From an uncultured Piscirickettsiaceae bacterium (GTDB lineage: Bacteria; Pseudomonadota; Gammaproteobacteria; GCF-002020875), in the NCBI GenBank assembly GCA_964551545.1, contig CAZKCT010000006.1, forward strand, positions 1 to 61,499: a DNA stretch of 61,499 nt, given 5' to 3'. Below, in pieces: positions 1 through 11,032 of the stretch (the stretch's first letter is position 1; each line of letters starts with the position of its first letter). The notes under the pieces were generated by a model. It was not told where the DNA came from. It saw only the letters and a list, made by a program, of their open reading frames with translations, and did not search any database. Position numbers and translations under genes: made by a program.

Positions 1-19
1 AGTCGATCAATGAAATGGA

Positions 20-1213
20 ATGAGGAGTAGTTTGATGAATCGCATGATTGGAAAAGCATTGGGAGTGGCGGCACTACTCCTCTCTACGGTAGCCTGGAGT
101 GCCCCCATTCAGGTTGGACTGGATGCAGACCTCTCTTCAGGGTCTGCCCGCTCAGGGGAGTCGATTCGACGTGGCGTACTACTGGCGATGGAGGAGATCA
201 ACCAGCAAGGGGGCGTGTTGGGGCGGCCGCTGCAGCTGATTGCCAAAGATCACCGAGGTAACCCCTCGCGCGGGATCGATAACATTGAGGCGTTTTCGCA
301 GATGGACGATGTGGTCGCGGTGATGGGAGGACTCCATACGCCGGTTGCGATGAAAGAGCTGAAGACAGTACACAACAATCAGATCCCCTTTCTGGTGCCC
401 TGGGCAGCGGGAACCCCGGTGATTGCCAATGGCTACACCCCCAACTACGCCTTCCGGGTTTCAGTACGAGATCAGTATGCTGGAGAGTTTCTGGTCAAGC
501 AGGCGACACGGCAGGGGCATCAGAAAATAGGGCTACTGCTGGAGCGCACGGGCTGGGGGCGCTCAAATCAGAAGGCGATGACCACAGCGCTGGCCAAGCG
601 TGAGCTGGAGCCCGTTGCGGTGGAGTGGTTTCACTGGGGGGATAAGGCATTCCTGCCAATTCTCAAGGGTATGCAGCAGGCGGGTGCAGAGGCGGTGCTG
701 CTGGTAGCCAATGCACCAGAAGGGAAGGCGGTGATTCGTGGTGTGAGTGAGATGCCACCGACGATTCGGCCAAAGGTTTTCTCTCACTGGGGGATTACCG
801 GTGGAGACTTTTTTGAGTCAGTGGGAGGGGCTCTGAGTGAGGTTGATCTGCAATTCCTGCAGACCTACTCCTTTATCAATCCCCATAATCCCGATCGTGC
901 GGCGGCACTGGTGGAGCAGTACTGCCAGCAGTTTGGGTGTGATAACACTACAACTCCAGCACGCTCAATTTTCGCGCCAGTCGGGACCGCGCATGCCTAT
1001 GATTTGATTCACCTGTTGGCGATGGCGATTGAGCGGGCAGGCACTGTTGAGCGTCAAGCGGTACGTGACGCTCTGGAGCAGATTCCAGAGTATCAGGGGT
1101 TGGTTCGGAACTATAAACCACCATTCACGGCTGATCATCATGACGCACTGAGCGGTGTCGACTTTCGTCTTGCCCGTTATGATGAGAGTGGTGCCATCGT
1201 CCCTGTAGAGTAG
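20..1213 (+). CDS. Periplasmic solute-binding protein, type-1 PBP (Leu/Ile/Val-binding-like) family
   Basis: 397-aa ORF with an N-terminal signal peptide (ALGVAALLLSTVAWSAP). The family-typical opening is present (IQVGLDADLSSGSA..GESIRRGVLLAMEEINQQGGVLGRPLQL). It lies directly upstream of a sensor kinase. The true start may be the internal ATG (MNRMIGK). Confidence 0.7.
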   Translation: MRSSLMNRMIGKALGVAALLLSTVAWSAPIQVGLDADLSSGSARSGESIRRGVLLAMEEINQQGGVLGRPLQLIAKDHRGNPSRGIDNIEAFSQMDDVVAVMGGLHTPVAMKELKTVHNNQIPFLVPWAAGTPVIANGYTPNYAFRVSVRDQYAGEFLVKQATRQGHQKIGLLLERTGWGRSNQKAMTTALAKRELEPVAVEWFHWGDKAFLPILKGMQQAGAEAVLLVANAPEGKAVIRGVSEMPPTIRPKVFSHWGITGGDFFESVGGALSEVDLQFLQTYSFINPHNPDRAAALVEQYCQQFGCDNTTTPARSIFAPVGTAHAYDLIHLLAMAIERAGTVERQAVRDALEQIPEYQGLVRNYKPPFTADHHDALSGVDFRLARYDESGAIVPVE

Positions 1214-1223
1214 ACTGCTCACA

Positions 1224-3419
1224 GTGGAGCGCTATGCCAACAGAGAGAGGAACCGGCCACTGCTGAGTACGGTATTGTGGCGCATTCTGCCGCTCTCTAT
1301 TTTGGTGTTGGTTGGGATCTGGATTTTGGTGATTCAGGTCTCGGAGCGCTCACTGGTCAAAGAGACCACCTCCCGTATCGACCAGAAGGTTGCAGGGCTG
1401 GCGGTAACCACGGATAGCCGCTTGGTCAATATCCTTTCGGTGATTCGCAATCTCGCCTCCAATAGCTTGATGGTCAAGGCGCTGATAGATCAGGAGGGGG
1501 AGGATCAGGAGTATATGGAGGCCTTCTTCCGCTCATTGCAGATTGCCGACTTGAGATCGGCGTCGATCTCACTGCTCGACTATCGAGGCAGAACTATTAT
1601 TGGACCTCAAGAGAGCCATATCAATGCGGAAGCGGTTGGGCGATTGATGAGTGGGGAGGAATTACTGGAAATTCAGCCAGCATCGCGCGTTTTTCACTTC
1701 GCAACACCGGTCTACTACCATGGCAGGCCAGAGGGGATCCTGGTGCTGGATGTCGAGCGCAGAGCACTTATGGAATATCTTGGAAGACATTTGCCGGCTG
1801 AGGCATCGTTGGTTCGCACCCAAGATCAGGCTGTTCTCTATTCAGGGCGCTGGGGCGTTGATGATGACCTTGGGACGGTGGCTGATCTTGATGATAGGAT
1901 GATGATTGGGGCTGAGGAGGTGTTGACGACACTCCCGGCGATGGGGGTCTACTATGCAGAGGAGCGCGCGATCGCCTTTGCCGCACTTGAGCATCTGCAT
2001 CAGACCTTGCTGGTGGTATTGATGCTCGATCTGGTGGCATTGATGGCCGGTATCGTGATGGCAGGGCGTGCGGTTGTGTTGCCCGTCAATCGATTTACCC
2101 AACAGTTGGAATCGCTGGAGCGAGACGGCTCCCTTGATCGGATGGTTAAATATGGGGATACGCGTGAGATCAATACGCTGGTGGATGCCTTCAACCAGCT
2201 ACAGCAGGCCAAGCAGCAGTTGACTCGAGACCTTCGTAAGCAGTACGAGGATATGGACCAGATCTTCTCCTCGATGGCAGAGCCACTGCTGATTCTTGAT
2301 ATTGGGCAGAAGATTGTGCAGATGAATCCTGCCGCAGAGTCACTGATCGGATGTGGGGTTCAGCAGCTCAAGGGGCGCCCCATTGCAGAGCTGGTTGATC
2401 AAGAAAAAGAGGATGAGGTGATCGTGCGTGCAGTTGATGGAGAGAAGATACCAGTGATTCGTTCTACCTCAACCCTCTCTTCATTCTCCTCCTCTCCGCA
2501 GCAATCGGTCTGGGTGCTGCATGATCTGAGAGAGCGCCTGAAAATGGAGCAGCAAGAGCAGTACGCCTCATTCCAGGCGGGGATTGTGGAGATGGGGGCC
2601 TCCGTGCTTCATAATGTTGGAAATGCGGTCACTGGAATGACGGGTTATGTGCTTGGGATTGGACAGCAGGTCCGCATGATTGAGCGTATTGTTCCGTTGT
2701 TGATCGAGCAGGGAAACCAGTGTAAACGACTGGCCCAATCCCTTTCTGACGCATCGGAAGTGGCGGACAAGATTGATCATAGCGGTGAGGCCTTTATCCG
2801 TAGTGGAAAGGTTCTGGAAAAGATTGTCGGTGAGGCCGGAATTGGTGATTACCTCGAGAAGTTGCAGCATGGCGTTCATCATGTCGGGGAAATTATTTCC
2901 ATCCAACAGAGTGCAGCGCGGCCAGTGGTTCAGCCAAGTCGTTTTATGCTGGAATCTGTGGTGACGGATATGTTGAGTCTGATCCAGGACAGTCTGGAGA
3001 AATACCGGGTTACGGTTGAGATGAATCTTGATTCTCAGGTGACCATGCTCCATCTTCCGCGAAACCCGATGATTCAACTTCTGCTCAATCTATTTAAAAA
3101 CAGCATTGAATCGATTGGGGAGGTGATGGTGCGCCAGATTGAACATGCCGGTAAAATCGTGATCACCTCCAAACGACTTAATGAGAACCGGTTCGAGCTG
3201 ATGATTGAGGATAATGGTGAAGGAGTTTCTCCTGATCACCAGCATTTTATTTTCCAGGCTGGGCACAGTACCAAAGAGCGGGGGAGCGGTTTTGGGCTCC
3301 ACTCCGCAGCGAATTTCGTCAATAGCCTTGGTGGAGAGATCTCTCTGCAGAGTGATGGCGTTGATCAAGGCGCAATCTTGCGAATTGAGTTACCCATGAT
3401 GGTGGAAGAACATGAGTGA
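1224..3419 (+). CDS. Membrane sensor histidine kinase (two TM segments, periplasmic domain, PAS, DHp, HATPase_c)
   Basis: GTG start. TM1 is LPLSILVLVGIWILVIQV and TM2 is LLVVLMLDLVALMAGIVMAG. A PAS-like segment is present (MAEPLLILDIGQKIVQMNPAAESLIG). The H-box-like motif is ASVLHNVGNAVTG. ATPase N and G boxes are present (LLNLFKNSIES; EDNGEGVS; GSGFGLHS). Confidence 0.8.
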   Translation: MERYANRERNRPLLSTVLWRILPLSILVLVGIWILVIQVSERSLVKETTSRIDQKVAGLAVTTDSRLVNILSVIRNLASNSLMVKALIDQEGEDQEYMEAFFRSLQIADLRSASISLLDYRGRTIIGPQESHINAEAVGRLMSGEELLEIQPASRVFHFATPVYYHGRPEGILVLDVERRALMEYLGRHLPAEASLVRTQDQAVLYSGRWGVDDDLGTVADLDDRMMIGAEEVLTTLPAMGVYYAEERAIAFAALEHLHQTLLVVLMLDLVALMAGIVMAGRAVVLPVNRFTQQLESLERDGSLDRMVKYGDTREINTLVDAFNQLQQAKQQLTRDLRKQYEDMDQIFSSMAEPLLILDIGQKIVQMNPAAESLIGCGVQQLKGRPIAELVDQEKEDEVIVRAVDGEKIPVIRSTSTLSSFSSSPQQSVWVLHDLRERLKMEQQEQYASFQAGIVEMGASVLHNVGNAVTGMTGYVLGIGQQVRMIERIVPLLIEQGNQCKRLAQSLSDASEVADKIDHSGEAFIRSGKVLEKIVGEAGIGDYLEKLQHGVHHVGEIISIQQSAARPVVQPSRFMLESVVTDMLSLIQDSLEKYRVTVEMNLDSQVTMLHLPRNPMIQLLLNLFKNSIESIGEVMVRQIEHAGKIVITSKRLNENRFELMIEDNGEGVSPDHQHFIFQAGHSTKERGSGFGLHSAANFVNSLGGEISLQSDGVDQGAILRIELPMMVEEHE

Positions 3420-3900
3420 TCAACAGAATAAGGACGGTGCTGAAAAGCGGGTTTTGGTGTTGGATGATGATCCTCAGGTGTTGGACCACTATCGGGTCAT
3501 TTTCAATCTGCCTGATGAGCGTCATCAAGTCATGGATGAGATTGATGACCTGTTTGACCTGGTTGGCCTGGAGAATCATCAGCAAGAAGGGGTGGAGGGA
3601 TACCAGGTGACACTGCTTTCCCAAGGGGTAGAGGGTATCCAAGAGGTCAGCCGTACAATCGATGCTGGGCAGCAACGTTATACCCATGCATTGATTGATA
3701 TGAGAATGCCACCTGGCATTAATGGCTTTAGGACGGCGCAGCGGTTGCGAGAGATTGATCCGGGGTTGAAAATCATTTTTGTGACCGCATATATGGATTA
3801 CAGTGAAGAGCAGTTGACGGAGCGGTTGCCGGATGGTTACCGACTGTTGCGTAAACCGTTTGAGGCAGAGGATATCTGGATGTTGTTGCATGCCTCCTGA
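3412..3900 (+). CDS. Single-domain response regulator (receiver) with an internal insertion
   Basis: It overlaps the kinase stop by 8 nt. Receiver motifs are VLVLDDD, ALIDMRMPPGINGF and IIFVTAY...RLLRKPF. An extra stretch of about 40 aa lies between the DD pocket and the phospho-acceptor Asp. Confidence 0.7.
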   Translation: MSDQQNKDGAEKRVLVLDDDPQVLDHYRVIFNLPDERHQVMDEIDDLFDLVGLENHQQEGVEGYQVTLLSQGVEGIQEVSRTIDAGQQRYTHALIDMRMPPGINGFRTAQRLREIDPGLKIIFVTAYMDYSEEQLTERLPDGYRLLRKPFEAEDIWMLLHAS

Positions 3901-4006
3901 TTGCCCCTGATGATTTTGTGGCTATTCCATGCTTTAGCCGCATTCTGTTTTTCGATAAACTAGACGATTCCACCACGAATTTTTTCAAGGATAGATATTG
4001 AATCCC

Positions 4007-5944
4007 ATGGCCAAAAATATTCTCCTCTGGGCGGTCATTGCCACCGTCCTGATGTCGGTCTTCAACAGCTTTGGACCACGCAACTCCAACTCACAGAGTA
4101 TGGAGTACTCACAGTTCATCAGCGATGTTCGTCAAGGCCGGGTCAGCCGGGTTGAGATCGAGGGACGCCTGATCAAGGGGGTGAGCAGTTCTGGCCACTC
4201 TTTCACCACGTATGATCCGGGCGATCGAGGACTGATTGGTGATCTGATTGAAAATGGGGTAGCGATTGAGGCGCAGGCCCCAGAGCAGCAGGGGATGTTG
4301 ATGCAGATCTTCATCTCCTGGTTCCCGATGCTGTTGTTGATTGCCGTCTGGGTCTTCTTCATGCGTCAGATGCAAGGCGGCATGGGCGGCGGTAAAGGTG
4401 GCCCCATGTCCTTTGGAAAAAGCAAGGCTCGATTGTTGAATGAGGACCAGGTTCAGGTCACCTTTGCGGATGTGGCTGGCGTAGAAGAGGCCAAGGATGA
4501 GGTCTCTGAATTGGTCGATTTTCTGCAAGACCCAGGGAAATTTCAGAAGCTGGGCGGAAAGATTCCACGTGGTGTGCTGCTAACCGGCTCTCCGGGTACC
4601 GGCAAGACTCTGTTGGCCAAGGCGATTGCGGGAGAGGCAAAAGTGCCCTTCTTTACCATCTCCGGTTCCGACTTTGTGGAGATGTTCGTCGGTGTCGGCG
4701 CCTCTCGTGTGCGAGACATGTTTGAGCAGGCGAAGAAGAACGCGCCATGCATCATCTTCATTGATGAGATCGATGCAGTGGGGCGTCATCGTGGTGCAGG
4801 TCTGGGTGGGGGGCATGATGAGCGCGAACAGACCCTCAACCAGCTCCTGGTCGAGATGGATGGTTTTGAGGCCAATGATGGGGTGATTGTGATTGCAGCC
4901 ACCAACCGTCCTGATGTGCTCGACCCCGCACTGCTGCGTCCTGGGCGCTTTGATCGACAAGTGGTGGTGCCACTGCCGGATGTGCGTGGACGTGAACAAA
5001 TTTTAAAGGTGCATATGAATAAAGTGCCTGTGGCAAAGAATGTCAAACCCAAGGTTTTGGCACGGGGTACGCCCGGTTTCTCTGGTGCAGATCTGGCCAA
5101 CCTGGTCAATGAGGCTGCACTGTTTGCTGCCAAGGGCGGAAAACGCTTGGTGAACATGACCGAGTTTGAGAAGGCTAAGGACAAGATCATGATGGGGGCG
5201 GAGCGCCGCTCGATGGTGATGAGTGATGACGAGAAGTCGTTAACCGCCTTCCATGAGGCGGGCCATGCGATTGTGGGGCTACTGGTTCCAGAACATGATC
5301 CGGTCTATAAGGTGACCATTATCCCGCGTGGTCGTGCATTGGGGGTCACCATGTTCCTGCCGGAAGAGGATCGCTATAGCCACAGCAAGAAGCGACTGGA
5401 GAGCCAGATCTCCAGCCTGTTTGGCGGACGCATTGCTGAGGAAATTGTCTTCGGAGCCGATGCGGTGACCACAGGAGCCTCGAACGATATCGAACGCGCC
5501 ACTGAGCTGGCGCGCAATATGGTGACCAAGTGGGGGCTGTCTCAGAAGTTGGGACCACTCAGTTATGCGGAAGAGGAGGGAGAGGTCTTTCTCGGTCGTT
5601 CGGTGACCAAGCATAAAGAGGTTTCTGATGAGACTTCTCATCTGATTGATGAAGAGATTCGCTACCTGATTGATCAGAATTATGAGCGCGCAGAGCAGAT
5701 CCTCACAGAAAACCGTGAGAAACTCGATATGATGGCGGACGCGTTGATTCGTTACGAGACGATTGATGAGGGACAGATCAAAGATGTTATGGAAGGGCGC
5801 CCCCCGCAGCCCCCTGAAGATTGGAATGATCTGGATGAAGATGATGGCGCAGGCCGTTCTGCATCTGCGGAAACAGAGGCAGATGATGATGCCCCCGAGG
5901 ATCCTGAATCACCATCGGTTGGTGATCCTGCTAACCAGCATTAA
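4007..5944 (+). CDS. ftsH: ATP-dependent zinc metalloprotease FtsH
   Basis: N-terminus [24 protein letters not shown]. Walker A GSPGTGKT, Walker B IIFIDEID, and zinc site HEAGHA. I prefer the ATG at 4007 over the TTG at 3998 given in the ORF track. Confidence 0.97.
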   Translation: MAKNILLWAVIATVLMSVFNSFGPRNSNSQSMEYSQFISDVRQGRVSRVEIEGRLIKGVSSSGHSFTTYDPGDRGLIGDLIENGVAIEAQAPEQQGMLMQIFISWFPMLLLIAVWVFFMRQMQGGMGGGKGGPMSFGKSKARLLNEDQVQVTFADVAGVEEAKDEVSELVDFLQDPGKFQKLGGKIPRGVLLTGSPGTGKTLLAKAIAGEAKVPFFTISGSDFVEMFVGVGASRVRDMFEQAKKNAPCIIFIDEIDAVGRHRGAGLGGGHDEREQTLNQLLVEMDGFEANDGVIVIAATNRPDVLDPALLRPGRFDRQVVVPLPDVRGREQILKVHMNKVPVAKNVKPKVLARGTPGFSGADLANLVNEAALFAAKGGKRLVNMTEFEKAKDKIMMGAERRSMVMSDDEKSLTAFHEAGHAIVGLLVPEHDPVYKVTIIPRGRALGVTMFLPEEDRYSHSKKRLESQISSLFGGRIAEEIVFGADAVTTGASNDIERATELARNMVTKWGLSQKLGPLSYAEEEGEVFLGRSVTKHKEVSDETSHLIDEEIRYLIDQNYERAEQILTENREKLDMMADALIRYETIDEGQIKDVMEGRPPQPPEDWNDLDEDDGAGRSASAETEADDDAPEDPESPSVGDPANQH

Positions 5945-5956
5945 TTGCCGTTACGA

Positions 5957-6757
5957 ATGAGCGGTCGTCGCTCTCCCCGAATCATGGGGATTCTTAATGT
6001 CACCCCCGACTCCTTTTCGGACGGGGGTGATTTTATTGAGCGAGAGGCCGCGGTTGAGCACGCACTGCAGATGGTTGAAGCGGGTGCCTCAATTGTGGAT
6101 ATTGGGGGAGAGTCCACGCGCCCCGGTGCCAGCTCTGTGACAGCAGAGGAGGAGCTGCAGCGCGTGATGCCGGTGATCGAGGCAATTCGTCAACATAGCG
6201 AGGTGGAAATCTCGATTGATAGCAGCAAGCCGGAGGTAATGCGAGAGGCTGTCTCTGCTGGCGCGTCGATTATTAATGATGTGCGCGCCTTGCAAGAGGA
6301 TGGAGCCGTCAAAGCTGCTGCGATACTCAATGTCCCCGTCTGCCTGATGCATATGCAGGGGCAGCCGCGCACCATGCAGCAGAACCCTCACTACGATGAT
6401 GTGACCGATGATGTGATCCAGTTTCTTCAGCGGCGCATTGATGCGTCTGTCAGCGGCGGCATCCGCCGAGAGAATCTCTGGGTAGATCCCGGTTTTGGTT
6501 TTGGAAAAACGTTGGATCACAACCTGCAGCTGTTGAGTGAGCTGGAGCAGTTTCAGCGGTTGAGCGCACCGCTGCTGGTGGGTATCTCCAGAAAATCGAT
6601 GATTGGTACCCTGTTGGGCGATGTCCCGGTAGAGCAGCGCCTTTTTGGTAGCGTTGGGGCAGCTGTGGTTGCAGTGGCGCGTGGCGCAGAGATTGTGCGC
6701 GTTCATGATGTGAGGGAGACCAAGGAAGCGCTACAGGGTGCCGGCCTGATAGATTGA
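5957..6757 (+). CDS. folP: Dihydropteroate synthase
   Basis: Motifs GILNVTPDSFSDGG and DIGGESTRPG. ftsH-folP-glmM synteny supports the call. The start is either ATG 5957 or TTG 5945. Confidence 0.93.
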   Translation: MSGRRSPRIMGILNVTPDSFSDGGDFIEREAAVEHALQMVEAGASIVDIGGESTRPGASSVTAEEELQRVMPVIEAIRQHSEVEISIDSSKPEVMREAVSAGASIINDVRALQEDGAVKAAAILNVPVCLMHMQGQPRTMQQNPHYDDVTDDVIQFLQRRIDASVSGGIRRENLWVDPGFGFGKTLDHNLQLLSELEQFQRLSAPLLVGISRKSMIGTLLGDVPVEQRLFGSVGAAVVAVARGAEIVRVHDVRETKEALQGAGLID

Positions 6758-6767
6758 TGGGAAAATC

Positions 6768-8105
6768 ATGAGCAGAAAATATTTTGGTACCGACGGGGTG
6801 CGCGGGCGTGTTGGAGAGCATCCAGTCACCCCTGATTTTGCAATGCGGCTCGGTTATGCGGCGGGCAGTGTCCTGGCCCAAGAGGGGCGAGGCGCGGTGT
6901 TGATCGGTAAGGATACGCGGGCGTCCGGTTATATGTTTGAGTCGGCACTGGCGGCGGGATTTTCTGCAGCGGGGATGGATATTGGCTTGCTGGGCCCGAT
7001 GCCGACACCTGCGGTGGCCTATCTGACACGTACCCTGCGCGCTGTTGCCGGTGTGGTGATTAGTGCTTCACATAACCCACACCACGATAATGGGTTCAAG
7101 TTTTTCTCTGCCGAGGGCAAAAAGCTACCGGACCGATGGGAGTTAGCGGTCGAGACGCAACTGGAGCAGCCGATTGAGATGGTTGATTCTGAGTTGCTTG
7201 GAAAGGCGCTGCAGATTGATGATGCGGCGGAGCGTTATATCGAATTTTGCAAAAGTAGTGTGCCGACAGGGTTCACACTTCGCGGGATGCGGGTGGTCCT
7301 GGATTGCGCCAATGGTGCCGCTTACGCCACAGCGCCCCATGTATTTGAGGCGTTGGGGGCAGAGGTGATATCGATCGGGATTGAGCCGGATGGATTGAAT
7401 ATCAATCAGGGGTGTGGCTCGACTGATCTGCAACAGTTGAAGCGTGCGGTGGTCGAGCGGCAGGCAGATCTGGGTGTGGCGCTGGATGGGGATGGGGATC
7501 GTTGCATTCTGGTGGATGGCGCGGGTGCCGAGGTGGACGGGGATCTGCTGCTCTATATTATTGCGCGCTCCCGCCAGCTGCGTGGCCAGCTTCAAGGCCC
7601 AGTGGTTGGTACTTTGATGACCAATCTGGGGCTGGAGCATGCATTTGAGGCGCACCAGATCCCATTCCTGCGTGCAGCGGTTGGAGATCGTTATGTGCTG
7701 GAGCAGTTGCAGCTTCACGACGGGTTGATTGGTGGAGAGTCCTCCGGGCACCTGCTCTGTCTTGATCGCACCACCACGGGGGATGGGATCATCAGTGCGC
7801 TGCAGGTGTTGTATGAGGTGGCGGAGAGCGAAAAAAGCCTGGCGCAATGGTGTGGTGAGGTCGAGCGTTATCCGCAGGTGATGATCAATGTGCCGCTACG
7901 ACAGCGAGGTGTCTCCAGCTCTGCAGCGATTGATCGAGCCGTTGTGGCGGTAGAACAGCAACTTGGAGATCGTGGGCGGGTGCTATTGCGCCCGTCAGGG
8001 ACAGAGCCGCTGGTGCGCGTGATGGTTGAAGGGCGTGACCAGGAAGAGGTGCGCAGTACGGCAGAGTCGCTGGCCGAGGTAGTGCGCCAAGAGGTCGGGG
8101 AATAG
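6768..8105 (+). CDS. glmM: Phosphoglucosamine mutase
   Basis: N-terminus YFGTDGVRG, active-site SASHNPHHDNGFKFF, and GDGDR motif. Confidence 0.95.
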   Translation: MSRKYFGTDGVRGRVGEHPVTPDFAMRLGYAAGSVLAQEGRGAVLIGKDTRASGYMFESALAAGFSAAGMDIGLLGPMPTPAVAYLTRTLRAVAGVVISASHNPHHDNGFKFFSAEGKKLPDRWELAVETQLEQPIEMVDSELLGKALQIDDAAERYIEFCKSSVPTGFTLRGMRVVLDCANGAAYATAPHVFEALGAEVISIGIEPDGLNINQGCGSTDLQQLKRAVVERQADLGVALDGDGDRCILVDGAGAEVDGDLLLYIIARSRQLRGQLQGPVVGTLMTNLGLEHAFEAHQIPFLRAAVGDRYVLEQLQLHDGLIGGESSGHLLCLDRTTTGDGIISALQVLYEVAESEKSLAQWCGEVERYPQVMINVPLRQRGVSSSAAIDRAVVAVEQQLGDRGRVLLRPSGTEPLVRVMVEGRDQEEVRSTAESLAEVVRQEVGE

Positions 8106-8222
8106 TTGTCGATATCGATTGATTTATTGAGGCGGAATCGCTAAGATTCGGCGCTGCAATTTGGCCACTCAGCAGGATGAATGGCCGTACAGAAATAGAG
8201 TTCAAGATAGAGGGAGTGGTCA

Positions 8223-8975
8223 ATGCGTCAGCCAATCGTAGCCGGAAACTGGAAAATGAATGGATCTCTGGAGAGCATCCGTGAGCTGGTTGCCGGGCTA
8301 AAGGCAGGAGTGGGTGAGGTCAACGCGGCTGAGGTTGTGGTCTGTGCACCCTCCATCTATCTGGCGGAGGTCTCCTCTCTGATTGACGGTACTGCGATCA
8401 AGATGGGGTCTCAGGATATTAGCAATGCAGCGTCCGGAGCCTATACGGGTGAGATTTCTGGCGCTATGTTGAATGACTTCGGTACACAATATGCGATTGT
8501 GGGTCACTCTGAGCGTCGCCATGGTCGCGGAGAGAGTGATGAGCTGGTTGCCGAGAAGTTCAAAGCGGCACAAGATGCTGGTTTGACACCAATCCTCTGT
8601 ATTGGTGAGTTGCTCGAAGAGCGCGAAGAGGGTGTGACAGAAGAGGTCTGTTCCCGCCAGATTGATGCGGTGATCAATGCGTATGGGGTTGGTTCGTTGC
8701 AAAACTCCGTGGTTGCCTATGAGCCTGTTTGGGCGATTGGTACAGGTAAAACTGCATCTCCGGAGCAAGCCCAAGAAGTTCATGCTTTTGTTCGCTCTCA
8801 CGTTGCCAAGCAGAGTGCTGACGTGGCTGCGGGACTTCGTATTCAGTATGGCGGCAGCATGAATGCCGGGAATGCAGCAGAGCTTCTGGCTCAAGAAGAT
8901 ATTGATGGTGGTCTGATTGGTGGTGCCTCGCTCAAGGCTGAGGATTTCCTGACCATCTGCCGGGCTGCAGGATAA
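8223..8975 (+). CDS. tpiA: Triosephosphate isomerase
   Basis: Motifs AGNWKMNG, VGHSERR and AYEPVWAIGTG. Confidence 0.95.
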   Translation: MRQPIVAGNWKMNGSLESIRELVAGLKAGVGEVNAAEVVVCAPSIYLAEVSSLIDGTAIKMGSQDISNAASGAYTGEISGAMLNDFGTQYAIVGHSERRHGRGESDELVAEKFKAAQDAGLTPILCIGELLEEREEGVTEEVCSRQIDAVINAYGVGSLQNSVVAYEPVWAIGTGKTASPEQAQEVHAFVRSHVAKQSADVAAGLRIQYGGSMNAGNAAELLAQEDIDGGLIGGASLKAEDFLTICRAAG

Positions 8976-9000
8976 CGAAAGAACAAATTAGGTTAGCCCG

Positions 9001-9372
9001 ATGCAGACAGCACTATTACTCATCCATGTTCTCGCCGCGATTGCGATGGTGGGATTGATCCTGATGCAACAGGGAAAAGGTGCCGATGCGGGTGCAGCAT
9101 TTGGTAGCGGAGCCTCAGCAACAGTCTTTGGATCGCAAGGTTCCTCCTCGTTCGTGACCCGCCTGACCGCAGGTCTGGCAACCCTGTTTTTTGTTACCAG
9201 TCTTTCATTGGCCTATTTTGCGGGGCAAGGAAAGGAAGAGGCGACCAGTGTCGTAGATCGTATTGAGTTGCCTCAGCAGAGTGAGATTCCTGCCCCTGTT
9301 GTTGAAGAGTCGCTCTTCAATGGTGAGGGTGGACAAGCAGATGCCGGAATTCCGGTGCCTGCCGAGCAGTAA
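9001..9372 (+). CDS. secG: Preprotein translocase subunit SecG
   Basis: Small membrane protein with the LILMQQGKGADAGAAFG motif. It is followed by tRNA-Leu, as in the E. coli secG-leuU arrangement. Confidence 0.9.
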   Translation: MQTALLLIHVLAAIAMVGLILMQQGKGADAGAAFGSGASATVFGSQGSSSFVTRLTAGLATLFFVTSLSLAYFAGQGKEEATSVVDRIELPQQSEIPAPVVEESLFNGEGGQADAGIPVPAEQ

Positions 9373-9380
9373 AAAGTTTA

Positions 9381-9465
9381 GCCGAAGTGGTGGAATTGGT
9401 AGACACGCTATCTTGAGGGGGTAGTGGCGTAAGCCGTGCCGGTTCAAGTCCGGCCTTCGGCACCA
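9381..9465 (+). tRNA. leuU: tRNA-Leu (anticodon GAG), class II with long variable arm
   Basis: Acceptor stem gccgaag / cttcggc plus ACCA. The anticodon arm is ctatc-ttGAGgg-ggtag. The T-loop is ggttcaagtcc. The 3' CCA is encoded. Confidence 0.9.
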
Positions 9466-9596
9466 TATTTTTTCAATCCGGGAAGAGAAAAATTGATTTG
9501 TCTCTCGGATCAGGGGAGGTACACTAGGTGCCCAAAATAAGGGTTACCTAAGTTCTCAATTTTCTGGGGGCGTGGGGTAAGATCGATACAATAACA

Positions 9597-9953
9597 ATGC
9601 TAGATCACTATCTACCGGTATTACTATTCATCATGGTCGGCCTCGGTGTTGGGGTAGGACCTATTCTCATTGGTTTCCTGTTGGGGGAGCACCGCCCGGA
9701 TCGGGAGAAAAACTCTCCTTACGAGTGTGGATTCGAGGCATTTGAAGATTCGCGCATGAAATTTGATGTGCGCTTCTATCTGGTCGCCATCCTCTTCATT
9801 ATTTTCGATCTTGAGATCGCCTTCCTCTTCCCGTGGGCCGTCGTGCTCGACAAGGTTGGGGTGTTTGGGCTGGCGTCGATGGGGATCTTCCTGCTGGTGT
9901 TGGTGATCGGCTTTATCTATGAGTGGAAGAAAGGGGCGCTGGAATGGGAATAG
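9597..9953 (+). CDS. nuoA: NADH-quinone oxidoreductase subunit A
   Basis: 118-aa membrane protein with the PYECGF motif. It is the first gene of the nuo operon. Confidence 0.93.
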   Translation: MLDHYLPVLLFIMVGLGVGVGPILIGFLLGEHRPDREKNSPYECGFEAFEDSRMKFDVRFYLVAILFIIFDLEIAFLFPWAVVLDKVGVFGLASMGIFLLVLVIGFIYEWKKGALEWE

Positions 9954-10420
9954 AGGGCATTCTCGAAGAGGGTGTGGTCACCACCAGTGCGGACAAGCTG
10001 ATCAATTGGGCGCGTACCGGATCGATGTGGCCAATGACCTTTGGTCTTGCTTGTTGTGCCGTAGAGATGATGCACTCCGCTGCTGCCCGTTATGATCTTG
10101 ATCGTTTTGGAATGATTTTCCGCCCCAGTCCACGACAGTCTGATGTGATGATTGTTGCAGGGACGTTGGTCAACAAGATGGCGCCCGCGTTGCGCAAGGT
10201 TTATGACCAGATGTCTGAGCCACGTTGGGTGATCTCCATGGGCTCCTGTGCCAATGGTGGTGGCTATTATCACTACTCCTATGCTGTGGTGCGTGGCTGT
10301 GACCGGGTTGTTCCGGTTGATGTCTATGTGCCAGGGTGTCCGCCAACTGCGGAGGCGCTGGTCTATGGAATTCTGCAACTGCACGATAAGATTCGTCGCA
10401 CTAACACCATTGCGCGGTAG
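9944..10420 (+). CDS. nuoB: NADH-quinone oxidoreductase subunit B
   Basis: N2-cluster cysteines in [18 protein letters not shown] and GCPP. I prefer the ATG at 9944, which overlaps the nuoA stop, over the GTG at 9923. Confidence 0.93.
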   Translation: MGIEGILEEGVVTTSADKLINWARTGSMWPMTFGLACCAVEMMHSAAARYDLDRFGMIFRPSPRQSDVMIVAGTLVNKMAPALRKVYDQMSEPRWVISMGSCANGGGYYHYSYAVVRGCDRVVPVDVYVPGCPPTAEALVYGILQLHDKIRRTNTIAR

Positions 10421-10426
10421 AGCATC

Positions 10427-11032
10427 ATGGCACTGACTGACGATACACTACAAGAGCGCCTGGAAGAGCAGTTTGAAGCGCTGGATCTCACCATTGTTGA
10501 TGAATTGGGTGAGTTAACGGTTGAGGTCCCTGCGGCTAACTATTTAGAGTTTTGTTTGGCGTTGCGGGACAAACCGCAATTCCAGATGGAGCAGGCGATT
10601 GATCTTTGTGGTGTCGACTATTCCAGTTATGGCGATGATGCGGGTCAACCATGGGAAGGCAAGCGTTACGCTGTCGTCCTTCATCTCATCTCCTATCGAT
10701 TGAATGAACGCCTGCGAGTGCGGGCCTTTGTTGAGGATGATGATTTTCCGGTCATTCCATCGGTTGTGGAAGTTTGGAAATCGGTGAACTGGTATGAGCG
10801 TGAGGCGTTCGACCTGCTCGGAATTGTCTTTGACGGACACCCTGACCTGAGAAGAATTTTGACCGACTACGGTTTTGTTGGCCACCCGCTGCGTAAGGAT
10901 TTCCCAATGGTGGGGCATGTCGAGATGCGGTATGACGACCTTCAGGGGCGTGTGGTCTATGAACCTGTGACTGTTGATGAGCGGGTCAATACTCAGCGCG
11001 TGGTGAGAAAGGATAATCGTTATGTCCAGTAA
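10427..11032 (+). CDS. nuoC: NADH-quinone oxidoreductase subunit C
   Basis: Motif [25 protein letters not shown]. It is a separate ORF, not fused to nuoD. Confidence 0.93.
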   Translation: MALTDDTLQERLEEQFEALDLTIVDELGELTVEVPAANYLEFCLALRDKPQFQMEQAIDLCGVDYSSYGDDAGQPWEGKRYAVVLHLISYRLNERLRVRAFVEDDDFPVIPSVVEVWKSVNWYEREAFDLLGIVFDGHPDLRRILTDYGFVGHPLRKDFPMVGHVEMRYDDLQGRVVYEPVTVDERVNTQRVVRKDNRYVQ

